A stretch of DNA of 63,878 nt from Octopus bimaculoides (lineage: Eukaryota). Under the pieces are notes generated by a model, which did not search any database, was not told the origin of the DNA, and was given only the letters and a program-made list of their open reading frames with translations. Positions 40,101-52,950 of this stretch are shown here, piece by piece. The DNA is taken from contig NC_068984.1 of NCBI RefSeq assembly GCF_001194135.2, forward strand, positions 62,490,495-62,554,372, written 5' to 3'. Position numbers and translations under genes: made by a program. The first letter of the stretch is position 1. Each line of letters starts with the position of its first letter.

Positions 40101-41829
40101 CTCCTCAGACAAAATAACATTTATTCATCAGCTGAAATTTTTATTAACTCTCAGAATTATAAATATTACGAATGTAGATAACTAAATCATCGAATCCCAG
40201 CTGCGACATTTTCAATCTGATATCACTCTTGAGAAAATCTTCAAATGAGAATCTACACCAAGAGAGGAAACTAAACATAAGTTTATATTATTTTTCTTGG
40301 ATTCAATAGACGATGTTGTTTCTCTGTGAAGAAGCCTCACGAAACATTTAGATATAATTAACTGCATTCGATGCAAATCAACCTTGAATGAACAGTAAAA
40401 TTTACTTGTTTTTCTGAAGAGGGCATATTTTGCCTATTTTAAAGTACAGATGGATGTTAAAGATTAGTGCCATGTTGTGGTGTAAAACTAGACGACGTAT
40501 TAAGTCCCAGGTAGGACACGGTGGTATTTAGATTTAGAATGCAAGCAGCCTGAAGCAATTCACAAAGTATATGACCTTACACGCTAACGATTTCACCAGT
40601 CCACAATTATATACTGCTATATTATTTATCGGCCACGGAAGGTTGCAAAAAAGTTGACCTCGATTGGACTTGAAGTCAGAAATCGAAGAGTCAAACTAAA
40701 TGCCGTAAAGGATTTTGTCTGATGCTTTTAGGATTCTATAAAGCGTTGAGTCACAGATGATAGAGGAGATACATTTACGTTTGTTCACATGTTCCAAACG
40801 TCTGTGTGTCCTATGAAAACCGAATAACATCACAAGATTTGAAACTACAATTTCTCTCTATGACATATATTTTCTGGGCAACAAATGAATCTTGTATAAG
40901 TTGTTTAATAGTGATGTAGTTTGCATTTAAATGGATTTCATTTTGGTATCTATAAATTACATGCTCGAACTAAATGTGAATGACACCAATTGCAAACTTC
41001 ATGGTATTACCGTGTTCTAGAGGAGCACAAAAAGTAGTAGATACAGTTAGATGCCATCTTCGGTTAATCATCGTATTTGACATCTCAGAATTTGTTGGTC
41101 CTAGGAACACTGTTAACCAACCTTTAAATTCCAATGATTATCTTGACAAACTATAAAATTTGCTTGCTCTTCTTAATATTGATGACGTGAAACCACATCA
41201 AAAATATTATTTTGAAAAAAAATTGAGCTGACAGTAAAAGTGATTTATCTTTAAAAAGCAAGGCTACATTCACTTTGTTCAATTTATTGACATTTGAGCT
41301 GGTTTTGATCTTCTTGCAAAATAAAAAGAAACCTAGAGCAAACGTGTAATAATGTTCTTATTTAGGTGTATAATTCTTCACAATTGAGTAATGGTATTTG
41401 AGATTTTAGTACTTGTAGAAAGCTTTCACTACCTTACTTTGTGACATCCTCTTATGTTTTTGTTTTCATCTTGCAAACTACATCAACGTGTGCGTTAGCG
41501 AGAATTGCTATTTATTCCGGGAGATGTAGGCGACTTACACAGCATAGAGAGTCTGAACGAAAAGGTTATTTAGCTTGAACAACGAGAGCGAGATGCTGAG
41601 TTTATGACGTCTAAATTTATAAGTTTGTTAAATAATTAAAATCAGTAAGGTTTTGTCCGAGCACATAAACATTTAGCAGCTTATATCATATCTTTGCCGA
41701 TTGCTTTTTTTAAAAGTACTAATGAATTATAAATAGAGATGATATTGGAAGTTGGCATTGATATTTGTACTTTATGCAAAAATAATTTGGGAAATTCGCT
41801 TGGCATTATTTTGAATATTCCTACAATTT

Positions 41830-42200
41830 AAACACTAACAGGTTTCCGTGATACTCTGATATCAACAAGTTAATGAATTGGGCATTTCCTTTGTGAGCTT
41901 CCGTTTGTGTCTAACCGATGGCAAAAGCCTAGGTGGTAGGATTTTGTGTCTTTTGAGTAATAAACATTGCACACCGGAATGTGCATTCTTTTGCTTCAAG
42001 TATTTTCTCTGCTTTTGCTGTCCTTGTAAGTTCTGATGCTTTATCAACACAGCAAAAGATTGCAAAATAAAGTGTGTTGTCTATCAACTGTATATTTAAC
42101 CAGTTGCTTTTGAAACACCTGATGCCTATGACGTTTTAACATAGACCTTTTTGTGTGATGTTGGCTGAAAAAGTATTGCAACAGTTCAATAACATGGCTC
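41830..42200 (-). mobile_element. Possible pogo/Tigger (CENP-B HTH) transposase remnant
   Basis: FQKQLVKYTVDRQH..., AKAEKILEAKECTFRCAMFITQK..PTT loosely resemble the pogo N-terminus. Heavily decayed. Confidence 0.3.
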
Positions 42201-43607
42201 TGTGAAAAATATCTCCCTAACCATCATAGGAAACAGCCCATGCATTATTTTCTAGTGGGCTGCTTTTGTTAGAATCTACATAGTTTTCAAGCAAGCTGTC
42301 ATTAGTACATAGCCATCAGCTTAATGTAAGGCATTGCAATTCAGCAATCCAGCTTATATACTATATACTACTACAACTGGAAAATACTGTTCATTAACAA
42401 AGTTTCATATAGAAAATAGAATGATTTTTCACAAGCTATCTGACTGCACCAAAATTAATCAGGAACTAATTGAGGACTATGTGAATTGACTACATACGCC
42501 ATTATAAATTTAGTGGCCCAAATTCAGCGAGCTAACAGAATCTTTAAGACGACGGAAGACGATATGTGTATCGGCGCTTTACGTCCTCTAATCAAATTCA
42601 GTCGAGATCATCTTTGCCGTTCATCCTTTAGAGTGTCGGCAAAATGAAGTACCAAGAAAATACTCGGATTGATGGTATCAACTAACATTCTTCTCTGAGA
42701 ACTGCTGGTTATATGTCTAAATTAGGAACCATACCTAGTGACATTGTTATGTTGATGGTAATTTGTTATCAGTAGAATCAATACGAAAATGAACACGTCG
42801 AGAATATTTTTTATTTAAAATCGTGTGAATGACTAAAGTTTGAAGTAATTGATGTTTATTATTATATATACCATTGCAAAAATGATACGGATCTAAGCTG
42901 AATTGGATTGTCATATCTGTCTAGGGAGAATATTGAAATAGACATTTTGAACGCTGTAAACCTTCCTATGCATATTGCTGGCGGCTTCATCTTTCATGTA
43001 TGCCCGAATGATTGTATGTATTCATAGATTATTTGGCAGATACTTGTAAATAGACTGACATATATATAATTTGACTGGCCGATTGATACATACAAAACTG
43101 TGATGTATTGCTTACTCATTAAATCAGGACAGGGGAAATAATTACAAAAAAGTATTACTCAATAATGCCCATAAAAACAACTTAATCAAGATGAAAATAG
43201 GATTCAATAAATTTCCCACCAACCTACTCCTCACTCTAAGTTTTAATTGCGTTCTCTTTTCATTGCTTCTCTCTTTAGTTTAGTAGTTAAACATTGAAAT
43301 TTCCAATACTATTTCATTTTCCAGTTCAATGAGCTGCACTATCAAATTGTTCTTTGTTTGCATGCTCACGGGTGTATATCTCAGATTATATGCCATTGCA
43401 ACATTCAGTTCACTAAAGGTCACTTAGTTTTCATGTTGCTGTTGCCTCTGTTTTATTGTAGTTGCTCTGCTGGGCTGTTAACTATGGTGGCGATAGCATT
43501 GAGACATATTTATTATTATGACAATCATTATTCATAACAAACTGTTTTTTCATTTCATTACTACTTTCTATGAACCATCCGTCTTTTCGTTCTCTCTCTC
43601 TCTCTCC

Positions 43608-43641
<34 letters not shown>

Positions 43642-44189
43642 GCCTTCTATTATCACCGACAATGTTATTATACTCTAGTCATAATTATCAACATCACTAG
43701 CACACCTACTGCACTTCCTCTGTCCGCTAATACTAATTCAATGCTATTTCTAATAATGATAACAATTGTTGCTGAATTAGGCACAAGAGCGGAAATTTAC
43801 GGGAAGACTTAAGTCGATAAATTCGAGTCCGCTACTTGACTGCTACTTCATTATTACCAGACTTACAAGGATGAAGGCACTCTTGACCTCGACGAGATTT
43901 CAAGCAAAACGGCAAAAAGTTGGAACAAATATGCAAATATCCGACATTATAACAGTTCTACTAATCCATCACCCTCAAACAATTACTAATTCATGTAACA
44001 CCCTCATATAATTTTTAATTTATGCAAAAGGCCAAGCATTTGGAAGGAGGAGTCAGTCTATTGCATCAACCGCAGTACTTGATCGATATTTTATTTTAGC
44101 GATCCAGAAAGAATGATAGGCCATATTGACAACGGTAATGATTAAACTGAGGACCTTACTTAAGTAAATACTACAATAGAATTCCTTAA

Positions 44190-45420
44190 CTAATGATAAT
44201 AACAAAAGGCCTTGGAACATTCCAAAGGTTATACGCTGTTCTAATCTAGGGTAGATATCTGGAGCCTTTGCATGTTTGTCTTGATATACGACCACTCCAG
44301 GTTGCGCGATAGTTTGAAACATATGTTTACAATGACAGCCGACATAAATGTTTTGCTGATTTTCCACATAATCTTGATATTTCTGCTTAATGCAGCTTAA
44401 TTATAAGATTTTTCTACATGCTTATTCATTAAGTTTTACAGAAGCAATTACATCTTTTAGCTGTAGTAAAATATTCTTATGTTAGGCGTATAATGGTATC
44501 TAGAATTCCAATCATTTTTGACTGTCAGAATATGAAAAAATGCAATAGGATTTTTTATTCACCACGTTCATTTAGATGCTTATCCGATACATGATCATAC
44601 CGCTCATTTGAAGTGGCATATCCATTTTTTTGTAGAATGTGTCCAGGGTAAATTGAAATAAGCCTAATGCATTCCTTCCTGTCAAACGTATTAAAACGTG
44701 CTACAGTATGATCAATATTCTCTACCGAAAGTTTACATACCCAATATTTATTTGTTAAAACTACGTAAGAGGTAAATATCCTTACTCACTGCATTAGCAT
44801 TTAGTGTCACGTCTCTCTCTGGTGCCATTCCCAATATGAGTTATGTTATTCCCATTTTTGGCATATCTGTGAAATCTTCCATATAACGGCATTTTCCCTA
44901 TAACTTCCTTTCTGTAACAAATTATGTTTTTGATATACTGTTTTGTTCATGTTCAACACAAATTACCCATACTTCCTTTACAGCACTTTTAATTAATTCT
45001 TCTCTTTTACAAATTAGTTGCTTAAAGAACTTTTTCACCCATTAACGCAGTCTGAAATGTTGATTATTCCTCATCCTTAAGCATTCCTTTCATATATGAA
45101 ACAACTGTCATTTGCCTTTAGATGAAGCACATATTGCATAGTTAGGTCTTTTCTTGATTTTAATCTCAAATGAATCTATTTCCTCTTATGACTCATTCAC
45201 TATACCGCATGACGGTAAATACCAACTTTCTGATCGCGTTTATCGGATTCCTTCAAATAAGTTTGGGCTGCAATATAGGCTTTAACCTTTTCAAATAAAA
45301 TGCTTTCCATTTTCCTAGATTTTACTATGCATGATGTCTTCGAGTTCCAGTATGCTTATTCCCATTGTTTCCAGCTTTGAAGATCTGTTATCCCAATAAA
45401 AATATTTCATTACCATAGGT
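44190..45420 (-). mobile_element. Decayed R4/Dong-like LINE (RT thumb to C-terminal restriction-like endonuclease region)
   Basis: SILELEDIMH, RKDLTMQYVLHLKAND (45101-45158), GIINISDCV and a C-terminal KYQD..VEISK..AVIV. An upstream portion probably lies at ~46020-46400. Confidence 0.7.
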
Positions 45421-45545
45421 TGCCTTCAATCACGTTTTCATTAAATTACAAACATCAATATTTATTTATAATTAAAGTATATCTATTACGCATTATTTAC
45501 ATTATTTAGAATTGACGGATATTTGTCCTCATCTTGTTTGTTGTC

Positions 45546-45592
45546 AACACAACGTTTCGGCTGATATACCCTCCAGCCTTCATTAGGTATCT
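45546..45592 (-). ncRNA. Minimal type I hammerhead ribozyme-like motif (PLE type), core mutated CTAATGA
   Basis: AGATAC-CTAATGA-A-GGCTG(GAGGGTATAT)CAGCC-GAAA-CGTT-GTGTT. Perfect 5-bp stem II, palindromic AACGTT in place of stem III, GATAC/GTGTT stem I. Confidence 0.65.
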
Positions 45593-45638
45593 TGGGGAAA
45601 TTTCGAAACTAGGCTCTCATTCCGAATGCATTTTTCGA

Positions 45639-45639
<1 letters not shown>

Positions 45640-45669
<30 letters not shown>

Positions 45670-45751
45670 CTTCTTCTTCTTCTTCTTCTTCTTCTTCTTC
45701 TTCTTCTTCTTCTTCTTCTTCTTCTTCTTCTTCTTCTTCTTCTTCTTCTTC
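45640..45751. repeat. Compound (GTT)n(CTT)n microsatellite
   Basis: Perfect runs. Confidence 0.95.
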
Positions 45752-45878
45752 TCTTTCAGGTCACTGCCTGGAATCGAACTCGGAATCTCTTAACCACAAC
45801 GCCATATGATAATAATGATAATAATAATAACATCGAAAAATACCTTAGGAATGAGAACCCAGGTTCGAAATTTCTCCA

Positions 45879-45922
45879 AGACACCTGATGAAGTCTGGAG
45901 GGTATATCAGCCGAAACGTGTT
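45879..45922 (+). ncRNA. Minimal type I hammerhead ribozyme-like motif (PLE type), intact CTGATGA core
   Basis: AGACAC-CTGATGA-A-GTCTG(GAGGGTATAT)CAGCC-GAAA-CGTGTT. One stem II mismatch and a short deletion at the cleavage site relative to the minus-strand copy. Confidence 0.65.
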
Positions 45923-46736
45923 AACAACAATCAAAATGAGGACAAATATCCGTCAATTGTAAATAATGTACATAATTCCTCATCTCTTAAATATAGAACT
46001 GTATATCTAATACAGCGTCACCTTTTTTTTCCGCTTTAGCTTGATGTTTTCCAATATATTTATAACTTAATGGCCGTATTCGTCCGGAATTATCTATAAT
46101 TTTGTTATAAATGCTAAAATACCGCGCCTTTCCTTCAAAATCTTTATGAATGCTTAATTTTCATATTTTTGAACCATTTGATTATGTTTCTAACATACGT
46201 AGTATTGTAAGTCCCAACATTATCACTTATATTGCTCGCATCTTCCATTTCGATATAATCTTTATTCCTTTCCATACATTCCCAAGCTGTTTAAATCAAA
46301 TTCTTAAACGTCTACTATATCTGAGTTCACGCTTTACTAAACACCCCATAGTCTCTTCCACATTAAGTTTACTCATACACTTTCTGTTACAATTGTGTTA
46401 GCCAATCTCTTTGGAAACCTGGCTGCTTTTTACATTAGTAAATATATCTATTTATTCCAGTACGAAACCACCTCCAGTGGATTTTTTTTTAATCAATACA
46501 AAATATTTAGGTGGGCTACTAACCAAGGCTAAAGCGGTCCTCCATCCTATGAAGCAGTCTTACACCCACTGCTTGCTAAGCTGGCACTTCATTCACTGGG
46601 AGCGTTTATTATTGCGAGTATTCTCATTTTCACTATTATAACTGTCGTCTTTAATACTAATAATTGCTAATCATCCAACAAAAATAGGAGAAATGCAGTA
46701 TGTCAGGCACTTATGAAGATATACTCATATTCTCAC

Positions 46737-47126
46737 GTTGTTGTTGTTGGCACTCCGTCGCTTACGACGTCGAGGGTTCCAGTTGATCCTATCAACGGAT
46801 TAGCCTGCTCGTGAAATTAACGTGCAAGTGGCTGAGCACTCCACAGACACGTGTACCTTTAACGTAGTTCTCGGGGATATTCAGCGTGACACAGTGTGAC
46901 AAGGCTGACCCTTTGAATTACAGGCACAACAGAAACAGGAAGAAAGAGTGAGAGAAAGTTGTGGTGAAAGAGTACAGCAGGGTTCACCACCATCCCCTGC
47001 CGAAGCCTCGTGGAGCTTTAGGTATTTCCGCTCAATAAACACTCACAACGTCCGGTCTGGGAATCGAAACCGCGATCCTATGACCGCGAGTTTGCTGCCC
47101 TAACCACTGGGCCATTGCGCTTCCAC
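46737..47126 (-). mobile_element. Full-length tRNA-derived SINE family 3 (~390 bp) with (CAA)n tail
   Basis: Head GTGGAAGCGCAATGGCCCAGTGGTTAGGGCAGC...GGTTTCGATTCCC with A and B boxes; no tRNA 3' acceptor stem; simple-repeat tail. Confidence 0.9.
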
Positions 47127-47399
47127 TTATTCTTACGTATACGTATGCATATACTTATAAATACACCTATGTTTGCATATACATATAAACAACCACGTAA
47201 ATATACATATAAATGCATATATAAATACATACAATCACAATGGAGGGAAATTCGTTTGCTTATTGCAAACCAAGTAGCAGAGTTAGGATCTTATAGTGCA
47301 AATGTTCTAATATGCCATTTTTTACAAACGTTGGTAAGATTTGAGTGACATTTAATGGCTATATCTAACTAGTTCAGCAAGCATCTACAACTCTCAAAT

Positions 47400-47720
47400 T
47401 AAATCAGGCTGAAGAGGAGATTTGTGATAGCGTAGAGAAAAATGTCAATGACTTCGAATAATGTTTGGAGGCCGTGTATGAGTGAACTCTTAGAGATGAT
47501 GGAATACTCGTGTCATATAGAACCGGAGTATTTGAAGAGGAGACAATGCATGCTGCAGAGGGGTGGAAAAAAGTGGAAAGAAGAGTGATCCGAAAAATAT
47601 AAGAGCTGTTGTATAGTCATGTGAAACAGCTTAATTTAGAGTAGATAAAGAAGTGACATAGCAAACTTGACGGACTAAATGTGGTGCAATAATATACATT
47701 AACCAAGATTTAAGTTGATA
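47400..47720 (+). mobile_element. Decayed CR1-like LINE 3' fragment
   Basis: MEYSCHIEPEYLKR..VEKVERRVIRKI..L.Y..QLNLE resembles LEY..QVW.P.LKK..LEKVQRRATK. Confidence 0.45.
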
Positions 47721-48639
47721 TAGTCTCTCTGTTATTTGGGGGAGATTTGAGGATGTTTGGCTGCTACTTTTGAAATTTCAAATGACGAACGTAAAGCACA
47801 TGAGGGTTTATCATACTTTTAGTTTTGGGGAATTTATAAAACGTCTGGAGTTTTCACGATAACTAGGTTGTTGGTATAATAATTTGTGTTGAAATTCATA
47901 GGATAATGACATTATGATACACAATTCTGGGTGTTCTCAATAAAATAAGTGCTAGCATAGAATTAAGGTCTGTTGAGTTTACTTTATTTCACCTGGTAAT
48001 ATATTAGAGGGATATTTCACACTTTTGTAACATAAGTTCTATTTCTGTCTACAGAGTTGTTTTCATGTAATTTCATTTGTTTACTATCAATGACTTTTCA
48101 TGTTGAAGTTTATTCCTTTGTTATAGTTTTTATTAGATTTTGTTAGATATTATGGAGTTTAATTTAATATTACTATTCTAGTGTTAATGTTCTTTGAGTT
48201 TTTTCCATAAACAGATTTTTGAAAGAAGCTCTATGAAATATTGGTGACTTTGCTATTGAAGTGTTTTTTCTTCTTAAAATATAATAAAATGTACTGTAGA
48301 GCAGCTAATTGTGTGGAAGTGTAATGACGTGAGATATAATATAGTGTTACTCCCATTTTAAAAAGATAAGTCGGATATTTGTTTGAACTTCAAAACTAAA
48401 TCACACTTTATTTTTTGCAATAATAGTGATTCTGTATTAACTGTTTGATTTGTTCATTTCGTAAAAGTAGAATTCATATGTCTGGAAACGCGTAGAAGTA
48501 GAAATATTTTCAGTTTAAATTTGATTGTCTCGAATTGCTTCGTATTATTGGTATTGTTATTGTTCTTGGTGTTTTCTCGACCAACCTCGATTGAGCAGAC
48601 CTATGGAGAAAGGCGTTCAAGCAATACGTATCTCGTCCT

Positions 48640-48905
48640 TACATATATATATATATATATAAACAATATATGAGTATATGCATATATATGTACATGTATG
48701 TATATACGTTCATCCACATGTACATATAGATACATAACGGAGTACATGACGTGGCAAAAGAACAAGGACAAAAATGGTAAACAAGGTGCAACAAACAAGC
48801 AGGCCAAATAGAAACATCCCCTTCATCAGCTGCCACCATTAAAACTCCGGCGTTTCCCACGAACACAAATTAAATTGTTTTCGTGGAGGGTAGTGGCGGA
48901 CGGAA
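48640..48905 (-). mobile_element. Probable PLE pseudo-LTR fragment with hammerhead core words
   Basis: Minus strand GAAACGCCGGAGTT...GGTGGCAGCTGATGAAGGGG followed by a T-rich tract. Confidence 0.45.
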
Positions 48906-50148
48906 AACAAGATATATATATATGTGTGTATGTATGTATGTGTGTATGTATGTATGTATGAATCAGTAATTATACTGAATTATAACATTGCCGCTAAACC
49001 ATGTGGTTTGGCAGAAGATTTTAATAATCGACTCTAGCACTTGACTGGCACTTATGTTATCAACTCTAGAAGAACGAAAGACAAAGTAGACCTAGTGGGT
49101 TTTGAACTCAGAACGTATAGAACCACAAGGAAAAAAAAATTTGTGCGAAACTACCAACTATATATCAGCGGTAAATTAAATAGAATCGTTAGCACGTCGG
49201 GTAGATTTACAGCTGCATTCATTTCAGTTCTTAAACAGCCATGCAGTCCAATCACTGGATTTTAATTCAAAGTTTCACTCTTGTCACATTATGTCACACT
49301 GATCTGGTCTGATAGTTATTTGAGGTTATACGGGTCAGTTTTTTAGATATTAATTTCTTAATTTATTGAGTTTGAATAAAGTAAGTCAACTCACATTGTT
49401 CTATGCTTCTTTCCTTATGATTTGAGGTGGATTTGGCCGTTTTTTTCTAGCAAATCGTGTCACTACATCGAGGGTTGCTGCTTGAACTAATGGTTAGTAA
49501 AGCAGGTTAGATCATTTTCGCATTACTGGCGCAATATCATATGCCAGCTTTTTAAATATTTCAGAAAACGTTTAGTTTCCGTGTAATTTTAGCAATTCAT
49601 CCTTTAGCGACGAATTTTTAAAGTGAGTAAAATTAACTAGAATAATTTACTTAAAACAAATTTAGGCTATATTTCTATAAAAATCAATTACATTTCAGAC
49701 AGTGTTCGAGTGATAATTTAATAAAATTTTTAATTTTCTAAAATGTGGAGCAGCTTATATTTATCATCTTGGCATAAATGGTGATCGTTTTATTTGCAAA
49801 TAAAATGAAGAAAAGATATATAGCCAAATAGAACGATCTTTTCTCTAGTGGTATGATAAAATAAGTACTAATAACACTCTTGAGTATGTTTAATAGGATT
49901 ATATGTCTTTTCTACAATTACAATTCTTGTACAAATCGTAACGTTATTTTTTTTTTCTTTTTTTGCAAGTAAACCCTAACAGTATATTTACCATCTACGA
50001 AAGCAGGGTTTTGAAAATGGTTATTTACAATCAGCATCTATTCAAAATTACTTTTCATAAATTATGACTATATTACTATGACCAATAGATGAATTATCCA
50101 GGAGGATAAATTCTGTGTTAATACTGCCGATTGTATACAAAATTGTCC

Positions 50149-50351
50149 ATTAACGTAGTTCTCAGGGAGATTCAGCATTAGATAGAATGTGACAAGGTTG
50201 ACCCTTTGAAATACAGGTACTACACACTTTTGCCAACTGAGTGAACTGAAGCAACGTGAAATAAAGTGTTTTGTTCAAGCACAAACGCGTCGCCGGGAAT
50301 TGAACTCATGACCTTATGATTATGAACCAAATGCCCTAACTACTAAATCAC
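50149..50351 (-). mobile_element. SINE family 4 (tRNA head, CORE-like middle, 3' module shared with family 3)
   Basis: TAACGTAGTTCTC.GGGA.ATTCAGC...TGTGACAAGG.TGACCCTTTGAA.TACAGG is shared with 46860-46925. The remainder differs (GCAACGTGAAATAAAGTG..TTG.TCAAG). Confidence 0.8.
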
Positions 50352-51499
50352 ATATAAAACAAATTTTGATTCATTATATCGATCATTTTCTAAAGATCAT
50401 ACTGTTATGTCAATAAGTGACTGCATCATATATATGAGACTACCACTGATATGTATCCGCAATGATATGATTATCAATGCATTTACTTTAACTAACACGA
50501 ACACCAATGGAAGCAAAGAAGTTTATATAGTTATTTTACACATACATTAAGCAATAAGACGCTATTAATGCTAAACTGTTAATGGTAAAGTACAGTGCCA
50601 GTATAAGGGAACTCTGTAGAAAATTATATGTATTTATAGGAAGGCGTTCTGATGATGGTGTTCATGGTTGCATCTCCAGCTGAGATATTCAATTGGCTCT
50701 ATATAACGTGTTAGTGTTCTGGTAGCAAATGCCACATTCAAAGAGAAAACCGAACAGCTGACAACACCTTCGTTTTCACATTATCATATGATTTATTGAA
50801 TTACAATATATAGAAGGATAAAATGGACATGCACTGCATCAGAGCTCTGTGACGCGCAAATTTGTAGGACGATCATATGATATTATGATCGCTCCAAGTT
50901 CATCCTCAATAGCCAAGCCTGTCAAGCTAGACGCAGAAATATATATTTCTTGTAACAAGACGAAAGAAGAAAAACAAATATACATGACTCGTACCTAATG
51001 GGAAATATAGAGCAATCATGTGTGGTTGTGTCTGAGTTGTGTTTGACAGAGCTAAAACTGCTGTTGATAATCTTTACCGAAGGGTCAAGATTCGTTGGAC
51101 TTAGAGGATCCTGTACTACTGTAAGTGCTATGACTGAAAGGAAATAAGAGAAATCAAACAAATGATAAAGGTGAAATGTACTAGACCGACTATGATGGTT
51201 TTCCGAGTTACTTGCAGATTGGTATAAAATCACACACGAGGAAGGAGACAGACAAATTGAGGTGGAGCTCAATTGTAGAGAAACTGCCATAGTAACGAGC
51301 CACAGCTACAAATATCATCACAAGCACATGTAAATTGTTCCAAGTAATTTGGGCACACCAGAGTCAGGTCCTTGTTTATTTATCAATCATATCTAAAAAG
51401 CGAGACTACTGAATTATTTGATAAAACACTTTCCGCAACTGTTCAATCCACTTAGTGGCATAAAACCTGTAGAACTTTCAAACATTCATCTGTGAAATA

Positions 51500-52950
51500 T
51501 CAGTCTAATTCACTTTTTATATGAAATACCAACACTGTTTGAATTACTAGGGGCAATACCTTCTGTAATGAATCCCTTCTCTAGCGAATCTGATAGGGAT
51601 GAGATTGTTGCTAAAATCAGTAAATATGGCTGATTCAGCCTTATCGACAGCATGCAGACACTGATTACTAATCCACTACACTGGGGAAGGATCGGTATCA
51701 TAGTAATCAAAAGGTGTTGACATTGTCGCAATTTCCAAGAAATTGATAGAACAGGTTTTAAGAATTATGCTTCTCTCTTTCAATAGAAGGAGCTATCTTA
51801 ATAGATTTACTACCCGTACACCCAAGAGATACAGCATGATATGCAATCACTTGTATTATAACTAGTACAATACAAAAAGTTTCATTCTGACTTAATATTT
51901 GTTAACTTTCCAAAGACTTTCTGTAGTATGAGCAAATCCGAATTGTACCAAGTACAGAAGAAATATGGTTGTCCTGAGAATCATTCCTCCTTGTTGAAAA
52001 CCACACGTACTTCAATGTTTTAAAGTGAAATAGATGTGGCAGATTCATTAAACGATGATGTGTTACGGCATCTGCACCGTTCTCACATTTTCTCATCATA
52101 ATACTGGAGGAGACCTTTCATAATCTCGATAACATCGTTTACATGAAGTTACACTACGCCGGAAACCGTTTGGTCATTGCACAATTAATAGCCAAAGGAG
52201 AACATATAGATCCGTGTGAAAGATCTACGATAAACAGCTGACTCTACTCGCTCGTATTACTTAACGAGAAACAAATTCAATTATTCACTGCACTAAATTA
52301 AATATATAAAACAAAAAGAAAAGAGTATTTAAATCTCTACGGCAACCAACAAAGAAAGTGTAATATTCATTAAATAAATCTGAAAATTATACAGAAATTT
52401 ACTCATCTTGGCAGTATAATATCGAATGTCGGACACGTTAACTCTCAGCGACAAAATGAAACGGTAAATGCAAACAGCATTCGGACGATTGCTTTTATGG
52501 GTATAGAACAATAATATCACCACCATAAATTTTAAACACCAAGAATTCAACGACAGCTGATGTCGCGTATTAAGACGACCATGTCGAATCTTGAATCGAC
52601 ATCTGGTTCTCGAATGTATGCCGTCTGTCCTTTCAATCATGATTGCTTGACAGTCTCCTCGACTGAAGTGCGTGATTCCTAAATGCAGTCGAATTGTGAT
52701 GACCCGGGTTCACTGAATAAAGCAAACGCACCATATACCGAGGTGGGGTATCCACGTAAGTATGCGAGTAAGAATATGTTTGTGCATATTTCCACAAGAA
52801 TTTAGGTACAAGAACAGCCGTCACATCCACTTTTGTATATGGTGACGGAACAAGTACATTTTGCAAGATGCAAGCAATAGACGTCAATGGCATCATCTGG
52901 AAAGGCATGGCATCTGGTGGGTTGGTCCTCATAAAATTAAGAAAACAAAA
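51500..52950 (+). mobile_element. Decayed RTE-clade (BovB-like) LINE reverse transcriptase region; may extend upstream to ~50900
   Basis: NY..SL.SI.G, F...PKTF...KKYGCPE (51961), V..ASAP..F.F.IIL, KFTHLGSIIS (52398), PFNHDCL appear in RTE order with many stops. Confidence 0.75.

Larger units (their letters stand above)
45491..45804 (-). mobile_element. SINE-like unit: tRNA-like head, (GAA)n(CAA)n linker, hammerhead-containing PLE-like tail
   Basis: Minus strand: A-box-like TGGCGTTGTGG (45804-45794), B-box GTTCGATTCC (45779-45770), microsatellite, then a ~150 bp tail repeated in inverted form at 45826-45976. Confidence 0.7.

Noticed and set aside
44053-44367. 104-aa ORF
   Set aside because: It overlaps the LINE C-terminal remnant and a SINE fragment.
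47040-47126. tRNA gene (also 32690-32756, 45765-45804, 50290-50351)
   Set aside because: A/B boxes are present but there is no complete cloverleaf; they continue into SINE bodies.
51050-51329. Apparent exon pair with a 97-nt GT-AG intron, and antisense ORF 50922-51290
   Set aside because: The joined frame has a TAG, and the region lies at the upstream edge of the decayed RTE LINE.
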